From contig JANLPS010000036.1 in NCBI GenBank assembly GCA_031367385.1, positions 1-21,837 on the forward strand: DNA of 21,837 bases, given 5' to 3'. Below the pieces are notes generated by a model. The model made no database searches. It worked only from the letters and a program-made list of their open reading frames with translations, and had not been told where the DNA came from. Every line of letters starts with the position of its first letter. Position 1 is the stretch's first letter. The position numbers and the translations under genes were made by a program. This DNA comes from Archangium sp. Lineage in GTDB: Bacteria > Myxococcota > Myxococcia > Myxococcales > Myxococcaceae. Positions 7,397-13,996 of the stretch are shown piece after piece.

Positions 7397-8698
7397 TTAG
7401 TTCTTGTAGCGGTAGGCCCAGGTGTGCTGCCCCGAGGCGTAGTCGTTGACGAACACGAAGACGTTGTTCACCGGGTCGTAGCCGATGGCGAGAAATGCCT
7501 GAGTGCCCGGTGAGCCACCGTTGATGGCGTGGGAGGCCCACGTGTTGGTGGGTGGTTCGAAGATGAAGATGTGATCGTTCTCGATGCCGCCGCCGATGAT
7601 CTGGTTGAGCGAGTCGTACGAGTAGCCGGGGTTTTGGTGATCAGACGTGGGGCCGGTGGTGGTGACCCGGTCGAGCGTCGAGGCGGTGAGGTTCGCGCGA
7701 TTGAGCTTGAGCGCGTAGGTGACCACCGGTGAGCCGCGGGCGAAGTAATAGAACGTGTCGGTGGGAGGAAAGTAGACGAGATCATTCGCGTACCCGAGCG
7801 CGCTCAGGTCGGCAGTGCCGCCTTGGGAGGTCTTCAGCGTGCCGCCGTTGAGCGCATCGACGTTGAGCGTGAACAGGCGCGTGGTGAGATCGTAGAAGCC
7901 GAGGCCCTGACCTCCGAAGATGAGCACCTTGCCGCTGACAGGGTCGAGCTCGGAGGCATCGATGGTGCTGCCGCCCACGGGGTGCGCAGTGGTGAATGAC
8001 CAGGTCTGTGCGTCTAAGTCGAAGTGGGCGACCGGGCCTCCGACGTCGTTGCCGACCGTGCTGCAGTAGCCGCCGTTGAAGAGCCGGCTGATCATCACGA
8101 ACTCGTTCTGCACCGGAGCGAAGGCCAGCAAGTCGTACGTGTGCGCGGCCAGCGGGCGCGGGTACGGGCCGCTGGTACCCGACTTCCACGCTCCGGTGGG
8201 GGTGTCGAGGTTCGAGCTGATCATCTTGGCGCACGGCGTCGGCAAGTAGAGTTCGCGCCAGGCAAGGCTGGTGGTGAGGTCGAAGGCGAACACGGTGTCG
8301 GTCATGGTTGTCGCGTGGCCTCCGCCGAACATCAGGAGTTGATGCGCATTCGAGTCGTACACGAGGCCGCTGTAGTCGGTGACCCGCGCGCAGTTGTCGC
8401 TGCCGTCGGGGTCGGTGCAGGTGAACTTGCCCAGGTCGAGCCCGGTGTTGTCGGCGAGCCCGGCCAGTCGTGGGCTGATGACGCCTCCGTCGAACCGGGT
8501 GCCGCGGCCTGCATCGGCGGTTTTGCCCGCGTCGACGACTGAAGTGGTCCCCGCGTCGAGCGGGCCCTGAGCTCCAGCATCGCGGCCTGCCGGGGTGCCC
8601 GAATCAACAGTGATGAAGACCCCGGAGTCGATGCCGCCCGGAACTCCGACACAGCCGAGCTGCACGCACACCGCCATTACTGCGAGCCATTGGCGCAT
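7397..8698 (-). CDS. Lipoprotein with DxG-repeat linker and probable beta-propeller (Kelch-like) domain
   Basis: Signal MRQWLAVMAVCVQLG|C and seven D[SAG]G motifs. Recurring blade-like motifs follow (LLMFGGG, VFAFDLTTSLAW, HFDLDAQTWS, VLIFGG, FIFEPPTNTW, YDPVNNVFV, HTWAYRY). Alternative GTG start at 8701. Confidence 0.8.
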   Translation of the reverse strand: MRQWLAVMAVCVQLGCVGVPGGIDSGVFITVDSGTPAGRDAGAQGPLDAGTTSVVDAGKTADAGRGTRFDGGVISPRLAGLADNTGLDLGKFTCTDPDGSDNCARVTDYSGLVYDSNAHQLLMFGGGHATTMTDTVFAFDLTTSLAWRELYLPTPCAKMISSNLDTPTGAWKSGTSGPYPRPLAAHTYDLLAFAPVQNEFVMISRLFNGGYCSTVGNDVGGPVAHFDLDAQTWSFTTAHPVGGSTIDASELDPVSGKVLIFGGQGLGFYDLTTRLFTLNVDALNGGTLKTSQGGTADLSALGYANDLVYFPPTDTFYYFARGSPVVTYALKLNRANLTASTLDRVTTTGPTSDHQNPGYSYDSLNQIIGGGIENDHIFIFEPPTNTWASHAINGGSPGTQAFLAIGYDPVNNVFVFVNDYASGQHTWAYRYKN

Positions 8699-8704
8699 CA
8701 CGCG

Positions 8705-8713
8705 ATTCTATCA
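8705..8713 (-). promoter_or_regulatory. Extended -10 element (TGaTAGAAT) of a probable leaderless promoter
   Basis: Minus strand reads TGATAGAAT-cgcgtg-ATG(8698): a near-consensus TGnTAnnnT 6 nt upstream of the start codon, with no Shine-Dalgarno sequence. Confidence 0.6.
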
Positions 8714-8774
8714 TTTGCCAGGCCGACGGTGCCGAAGTTGGTCGCCGAAGCCACCGGAGGCTGGCTGTTGCCGA

Positions 8775-8838
8775 CTGTCCCAACGTTGGGACGATTTTGG
8801 AAACTGCATGTTCCAAACCTGTCGCATCGTTGGGACAG
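8775..8838. promoter_or_regulatory. 64-bp nested palindrome: two tandem palindromic operator-like sites flanking a central inverted repeat
   Basis: Site 1 ctgtcccaacgttgggacga (8775-8794). Site 2 ctgtcgcatcgttgggacag (8819-8838). Central tttggaa-N8-ttccaaa (8796-8817). The site pair and the central repeat share one dyad axis at 8806/8807. Confidence 0.65.
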
Positions 8839-9066
8839 CCGGCCTGCAGGCCCCTTGGCGGCGAAGAATCTCTGCCGTTCTCGAATACCGAGAAAGCGAG
8901 AAGACATCGGCCCCGATGAACCCACCCCGCGCAACCCCAGGAAAATGCGTGGGCGCGCTGCCCGAAAAAGCGGCAATGGCGCGGTGTGGTTGGTGCGGGT
9001 GGGGCTCCATGTATTCGGGCCCGAAATCTGTCATACAAAAAGCCCTCTCCGTGAAGCCGTAAGACG

Positions 9067-10944
9067 ATGCACTCCCCGCACCTTTTGATTCGACTCATCG
9101 CCGTCTGTCTGCTCACGCTGGCCGTTGGCTGTGGCGCGTCGTCGTCGACCTGCCAGCAGGCCAGTGACTGCGCGTCAGGCGAAATTTGCTCGGCTCACCT
9201 CTGCCGCGCTTCAGGCGTTCGCGACGCGGGCAGCCGTTTCACCGGCGGTGGCCAAGGGGGCGGGTCGGGTGGCGGCGCGGGTGGTGGCAGTGGCGCGACC
9301 GGTGGTGGGGGTGGCCAGAGCGGGGGCGGCATGGGCGGCGGCGGCGGTGAGATGCACGAGATGATCGACTCAGGCGCGATGGAGCCGGTCGACTCGGGCA
9401 CCGTGGTCGTTGACGCGGGGCCCGGCGTGATGGTCGACGCCGGCAAACCGGTGGTCGATGCCGGTCAACCGGTGGTCGATGCGGGCAAGCCCATCGTTGA
9501 CGCCGGCCAGCCGACCGTCGACGCGGGCACCTTTCCCTCGTTTCGAACCTGTACGCCGCCGGGCACCCGACGGGTGCTCAATGGGGGCTTGGTGGGGCCG
9601 GCGACCGCTCCGAGTGGGTGCCAGAAGCCGGTGCAACCGAGCGCCTTGCAAGGGGTGCAGAAGATTTCGTTCGGCACCCACAAGGTCAACGACGTGCTGA
9701 CCTTCAACGTGCCGCCGTCAGTCGGGGGCCTCAGCATCGTGCAGCAGGCGGTGAGCGCGACGAGCACCGTCTCGGTACAGGGCCAGACGACGCCGAATGC
9801 GTCGATCCCCAATCTGTTGAAGACGCCTGGGGGCCTGGTGCTGTTCGACGACAACAACCCGAACCCGCCGACCGAAGGGCCGTCGACGTACATCTGGTTT
9901 CAGGCGCCTTCGGAGGTCACCGGGGTGGTGACGATACCGGCGACGACCAAGGCGCTCAGTCTGCTCACCGGCGGCTCGCTGCCGTCGGGCACCTGGTCGG
10001 TCACCGTGAATGACTACGCCGCGGAGTGCGCGGGAGGCTCGGCCAGCCTCTGCACCGGCGGGGCGACCACCGCGAATACGTATGATGTGTCGGTGCTGCT
10101 GCGGCGCGGCCCAGTGCCCTCGACCGGCACCGTCGACCTCGCGTTCTACCTGGTGTCGAGCTCGCTCACCGCGACGACCGCGCTCACCGACGCCAACTTC
10201 AAGCGCATGCTCGACACCTTGGCGACCATCTATGGCCGTGCGGGGCTGTGCCTGGGCGATGTGACCCTCTATGACGTACCCGCTTGGGCGAAGGCCAAGT
10301 ACGCGACCGGAGTCGACGCGACCGCGACCGGTGCCTGCGACGGGCTCGACCAGATGTTCACGCTGTCGAAGCCAGGCGACAACACGCTCAACTTCTTCAT
10401 GGTCGATGACATCGCGCAGGCCGGCAGCGGCAGCGGAGGCACCATCGTTGGCATCGACGGCGCCATCCCCGGCCCGTCGAGCGTCGGTGGCACGGTCAAG
10501 AGTGGCGCGGTGGTGAACATCAGCGACCTCTCTTTCACCGGGCTGTGCACCAGCGCGATCAACCCGGCCAAGTGCGGCCCCGATCAAGTCGCGTACATCA
10601 CCGCGCACGAGGGCGGCCACTGGCTCGGGCTCTACCACACGACCGAGTCGAGCGGCGGCGCGTGGGACCCGCTCGACGACAGCCCGAAGTGCACGTGCAA
10701 CACGACCTGTTTGAGCACGACCGCCGCGGCGAACTGCTGTGACCCCGCAACGAACAAGTACCCCGACGGCACGCCGTGTACTGGCGCGGTGACCTCGATG
10801 AGCGGCTCGGTCTGCAACAGCACCACCAAGCCGTCGTGTCAGGGCGCTGATTCGTTGATGTTCTGGGTCATTGATCAGACCAGCGTGGGCATTTTTTCGG
10901 CCCAGCAGGCGGCGGTGATGCGCGCAAACCCCGTGGTTCAATAG
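9067..10944 (+). CDS. Lipoprotein zinc metallopeptidase (metzincin; M43/pappalysin-like) with Cys-rich module, Gly linker and DAG repeats
   Basis: Lipobox LAVG|C, four-Cys module CQQASDCASGEICSAHLC, poly-Gly linker and VVDAGxP repeats. Zinc motif HEGGHWLGLYH at 10606-10638 and a likely Met-turn DSLMFW. Confidence 0.88.
   Translation: MHSPHLLIRLIAVCLLTLAVGCGASSSTCQQASDCASGEICSAHLCRASGVRDAGSRFTGGGQGGGSGGGAGGGSGATGGGGGQSGGGMGGGGGEMHEMIDSGAMEPVDSGTVVVDAGPGVMVDAGKPVVDAGQPVVDAGKPIVDAGQPTVDAGTFPSFRTCTPPGTRRVLNGGLVGPATAPSGCQKPVQPSALQGVQKISFGTHKVNDVLTFNVPPSVGGLSIVQQAVSATSTVSVQGQTTPNASIPNLLKTPGGLVLFDDNNPNPPTEGPSTYIWFQAPSEVTGVVTIPATTKALSLLTGGSLPSGTWSVTVNDYAAECAGGSASLCTGGATTANTYDVSVLLRRGPVPSTGTVDLAFYLVSSSLTATTALTDANFKRMLDTLATIYGRAGLCLGDVTLYDVPAWAKAKYATGVDATATGACDGLDQMFTLSKPGDNTLNFFMVDDIAQAGSGSGGTIVGIDGAIPGPSSVGGTVKSGAVVNISDLSFTGLCTSAINPAKCGPDQVAYITAHEGGHWLGLYHTTESSGGAWDPLDDSPKCTCNTTCLSTTAAANCCDPATNKYPDGTPCTGAVTSMSGSVCNSTTKPSCQGADSLMFWVIDQTSVGIFSAQQAAVMRANPVVQ
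9430..9528 (+). repeat. Intragenic 21-bp tandem repeat (~4.7 copies) encoding xVDAG[KQ]P heptads
   Basis: atggtcgacgccggcaaaccg / gtggtcgatgccggtcaaccg / gtggtcgatgcgggcaagccc / atcgttgacgccggccagccg / accgtcgacgcgggc. Confidence 0.9.
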
Positions 10945-10955
10945 GTGCCTTCGTG

Positions 10956-11573
10956 ATGAAGCTGATGTGGTGCGTGGTCATTGTGCTTGTCGCCATCGGG
11001 TGCGAGTCGGGCACTTCGCGGGGTGCGAGCAAGCAGCCGATTCAAGCCGTGCAGGTCGACACCGTGCGGGTGACCGCGTTGAGCGATGACGACGTGACGC
11101 AGCAGGTGCAGGCATTTTTGGGCAGCATCGACACCGCAATTTCGGCCGAGCGGTGGCAGAGCCTCGGAGCGCGCGGCGCAGCTGTGTTGCAGGCAGTGAT
11201 GGTCGACCAGACGGTGCTGCCGAGTCGTCGCAGCCGAGCGGTCGATGGGCTGGCGATGATGCAGTGGCTAGAGGCCGCTGGTGCGATCGAGCGTCTCGCG
11301 GAGTCGGAGAGCGAGCCTGCTCCGGTGCGGTCAGCGGCTGTGCGTGCGGTGGGGGCGCTGTCGCCGAGCGTCGAGGGTGATGCGGCGCTCAGTGCGTTGA
11401 TGCGAAGCGCAGGCGAGGCCCGGGTGCGGGCGGTGGCGGCTGAGACGTTGGCGGCTCGCGCCGGTGGGTGTGAGGCGGTGAAGGCGCAGGTCGCGGGTGA
11501 GAGCGCTCAGGCGCGCCCGGTGTTCGCGCGGGCGATGGAGCGTTGCGGGCTGGCGGTCGACGTCGCGCCGTAG
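10956..11573 (+). CDS. HEAT-repeat-like lipoprotein
   Basis: Signal MKLMWCVVIVLVAIG|C. Helical repeats RRSRAVDGLA, PVRSAAVRAVGAL, RVRAVAAETLA. Begins 11 nt after the peptidase stop (alternative GTG 10953). Confidence 0.75.
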   Translation: MKLMWCVVIVLVAIGCESGTSRGASKQPIQAVQVDTVRVTALSDDDVTQQVQAFLGSIDTAISAERWQSLGARGAAVLQAVMVDQTVLPSRRSRAVDGLAMMQWLEAAGAIERLAESESEPAPVRSAAVRAVGALSPSVEGDAALSALMRSAGEARVRAVAAETLAARAGGCEAVKAQVAGESAQARPVFARAMERCGLAVDVAP

Positions 11574-11706
11574 TGCGGCCGACATCGCGCCGGAGTGCAG
11601 ACCATGTGGCACCCGAGTGCTTTGCAGACCACGGAAGCTGAGCGGCTGATTCTGGCCCGATGAAGCCCTTGAAATTGCGGCCTCCAGAGCGCCCGAAGAA
11701 ACGAAT

Positions 11707-11737
11707 TGCATTCAGATTTCTGAATGCATGCATTCAG
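11707..11737. repeat. Three alternating-orientation copies of TGCATTCAG forming two overlapping perfect inverted repeats
   Basis: tgcattcaga-tt-tctgaatgca (11707-11728) overlaps the perfect 18-bp palindrome ctgaatgcatgcattcag (11720-11737). Confidence 0.85.
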
Positions 11738-11752
11738 CACCCCGTCGTGCGG

Positions 11753-12067
11753 TTACCCGCCGTCCGCGCCGGAGTCGGGGGCCCCTGCGTCGGGGGCGGA
11801 GTTGCCCGCGTCTGGTGCCACGCGGCCCGCATCGACCATGGGCGCCCCCGCGTCGGCCGTCACGCTGCCTCCGTCGACCGAAGCGATGCCCGCATCGGCG
11901 ATTGCCCCTTTCGTGCACCGCTGATCAGGCCCGCACCGATACCCAGAGAGGCATTGCATTGCGCTCGGCGCGGTGGTGTCGCACGGCTGACCCTCAGGGT
12001 CGAACTGCGTCAACACGGAGCAGCTGGCGCCGATCAGGGTCGCCGTCAGCCAGAGCAATCGCTTCAT
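11753..12067 (-). CDS. Small Cys-rich lipoprotein with a DAG-repeat tail
   Basis: Signal MKRLLWLTATLIGAS|C. Four-Cys module GQPC...QCLSGYRCGPDQRC. The C-terminal half has eight D[AGS]G motifs. Confidence 0.85.
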   Translation of the reverse strand: MKRLLWLTATLIGASCSVLTQFDPEGQPCDTTAPSAMQCLSGYRCGPDQRCTKGAIADAGIASVDGGSVTADAGAPMVDAGRVAPDAGNSAPDAGAPDSGADGG

Positions 12068-12134
12068 GCTCCACGACCTAGCACCCGAGTCGGCCGTTTC
12101 TTATTTGAAACTGATTTGGTATGCGCCTGGGTCG

Positions 12135-13181
12135 ATGACCACTCAACTCCCTCGAGCGATTCGCATTTTCGGCACTGGTCGTTTCGCTTCAGACCTCGCC
12201 CGGGCGGTCGAGAAACACGGCACCGAGATTCTGGGGTTCGTGCAGACCACGCCAACGGCGCCGTCATTTCAAGGTCGGCCCATCGCGGCACTGAACAGCT
12301 TCACCGCGAGCGATGAAACCCCCTTGTTCATCGGCATTTACAACTACACACCGTCGGCTGACTACGGCGCGCTCGGGGCCTCGTTGGCGCCGCACTTTCG
12401 CAACGTCGTGTACCCGATGGCCTTCTACCCCGGCCTCGCCGCCGAGCTGGGCCCCCGCTACTGGCTCGATGCGAAGCCCAGCGCTGATGCGCTCAAGGTC
12501 TCCACCCTGTTCGCTGATGATCAGTCGAAGGCGTTGCTCGCGCAGATCGTCAAGTTTCGCCAAGGCGACGCTAGCGCCATGAAGGGCACGCTGACTCCAG
12601 GGCCGCAGTACTTCATCCCCGAGGTGATCAATGCGTTGCCTGAGCGGGTGCGGTGGGTCGACGCCGGCGCGTTCGATGGCGACACGCTGGTCGAGTCGGT
12701 CAAGCACTTCAAGACCGCGTCGGTCACGGCGTTCGAGCCCGACCCCGCCAACCTCGAGAAGCTGCGCAAGCACGTCGCCGCGCTCGACTTGCCGCTCTGG
12801 GTGCTGCCGCTGGGCGTCTCAGACCGCAGCGGCATGGTCTCATTCGAGGCAGGGCAGGGCGGCGCGAGCTCAACCGTGTTCGGTGAAGGCTCGATGACCA
12901 TCGCCCTCGCCAAGCTCGATGACGTGCTCCCCACGCAGAAGATCGACTTCTTGAAGATCGACGTCGAGGGCGCTGACCTCGACGTCGTGCACGGCGCGAA
13001 AGGCATTCTCGAGCGCAGCCAACCGGTCATCGCGATGGCCGCCTACCACGCTCCCGAGCACCTGCATCAGGTGCCCGAGCTGCTGCACCAGGTCTTGCCC
13101 ACGCACCGCATTCTGCTTCGCAGCCACGCGTCGAATACCTTCGACACGATTTGCTACGCGATTCCGTCACGCGATCGCTGA
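12135..13181 (+). CDS. FkbM family SAM-dependent methyltransferase
   Basis: Motifs VDAGAFDGDT, AFEPDPAN, FLKIDVEGAD, P-x-IAMAAYH. N-terminal Rossmann-like RIFGTG segment. Start set to ATG 12135 because the 12066 start overlaps the divergent gene. Confidence 0.9.
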   Translation: MTTQLPRAIRIFGTGRFASDLARAVEKHGTEILGFVQTTPTAPSFQGRPIAALNSFTASDETPLFIGIYNYTPSADYGALGASLAPHFRNVVYPMAFYPGLAAELGPRYWLDAKPSADALKVSTLFADDQSKALLAQIVKFRQGDASAMKGTLTPGPQYFIPEVINALPERVRWVDAGAFDGDTLVESVKHFKTASVTAFEPDPANLEKLRKHVAALDLPLWVLPLGVSDRSGMVSFEAGQGGASSTVFGEGSMTIALAKLDDVLPTQKIDFLKIDVEGADLDVVHGAKGILERSQPVIAMAAYHAPEHLHQVPELLHQVLPTHRILLRSHASNTFDTICYAIPSRDR

Positions 13182-13191
13182 GTCACCACGT

Positions 13192-13965
13192 TCAGTTCAG
13201 CCGGCGCGTCGAGGCGGGCAATGACGACCCGGTGAGCGCGGCCGCGACGAAGTCGGCGAGCGCCGTCAACGCCACGTTCTGAGACCAGGGCCCGAACGAC
13301 ACGCGCGCGACGCCAAGGGCCTGCATTCGCGCGAGCGGCAAAGCGCCCGGGAGCGCAATGAGATTGATCTTTCGCGGCCCGAGCGCGTCGACCAGTGCCG
13401 TGACCTGCGGCTCATCGAGCTTGCCCGGCACGAAAAACGTCGAAGCGCCCGCCTCGAGATACGCACGACCACGCTCGATGGCCTCTGCGAGCACCGCGGC
13501 CGGGGGCCTGTCGCCCGCCCGAAGAAAAACGTCTGTTCGCGCGTTGACGACGAAGGGTACGCCCTCGGCCGTACCCGCCGCGACGGCCGCCGCGACCGCG
13601 CTGACGGCTTCGCGGAGCGGCTTGACCTGGTCTTCAAGGTTCGCTCCGACGACCCCGACCCCGATTGCGCGACGAACGGTCTCGCCCGCATCGCCGTAGC
13701 CCGCCTCGAGGTCGGCAGTCACAGGCAGCGACACCGCCGCGGCGATGCGACCCACCGCGTCGATCATCTCGTCTCGAGGTATTTTTTCGCCATCGGGGTA
13801 GCCCCGCGAAGCCGCCACTGAATGGCTCGCCGTCGCGATGGCCTTCACACCGGGCGTTGCGGCGACCACCTTGGCGCTGACGACGTCCCACACGTTCACC
13901 AGCACGAGCAACTCGGGGTCGGTGTGCAACCGAAGCAACTCGAGGGCTTTTTCGGTTCTGTTCAT
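13192..13965 (-). CDS. Isocitrate lyase / phosphoenolpyruvate mutase superfamily protein
   Basis: Motifs NVWDVVSA, AIATAS, GYPDGE, PVTADLEAGYG, GANLEDQ, VNARTD, RGRAYLEAGA, GVARVSFG. Confidence 0.93.
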   Translation of the reverse strand: MNRTEKALELLRLHTDPELLVLVNVWDVVSAKVVAATPGVKAIATASHSVAASRGYPDGEKIPRDEMIDAVGRIAAAVSLPVTADLEAGYGDAGETVRRAIGVGVVGANLEDQVKPLREAVSAVAAAVAAGTAEGVPFVVNARTDVFLRAGDRPPAAVLAEAIERGRAYLEAGASTFFVPGKLDEPQVTALVDALGPRKINLIALPGALPLARMQALGVARVSFGPWSQNVALTALADFVAAALTGSSLPASTRRLN

Positions 13966-13996
13966 GGCTGCCTTTGTCTCATGCCTTGCACGTCAA

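Noticed and set aside
8775..8838. Possible mini-CRISPR (two similar palindromic 20-mers with a 24-nt spacer)
   Set aside because: Only two imperfect copies, the spacer is itself palindromic, and no cas genes are present.
8595..9116. Several short ORFs across the 8.7-9.06 kb intergenic region
   Set aside because: Atypical composition, mutually overlapping, and they span promoter and palindromic elements. The region is better explained as regulatory DNA.
9430..9528. Tandem repeat as a CRISPR array or DGR template
   Set aside because: No spacers, in-frame coding repeat with mainly synonymous variation, and no reverse transcriptase in the window.
9718..10941. 407-aa minus-strand ORF, and similar shadows such as 3275..4279 and 6032..6979
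   Set aside because: They overlap well-supported genes on the opposite strand and have no domain signatures.
11607..11626. Sigma-54-like TGGCAC...TGC
   Set aside because: The GG-to-GC spacing is 9 nt rather than the required 10, and no gene starts downstream. TGGTGCG...GGGC near 8991 has the right spacing but a poor -12 match, so it is not called either.
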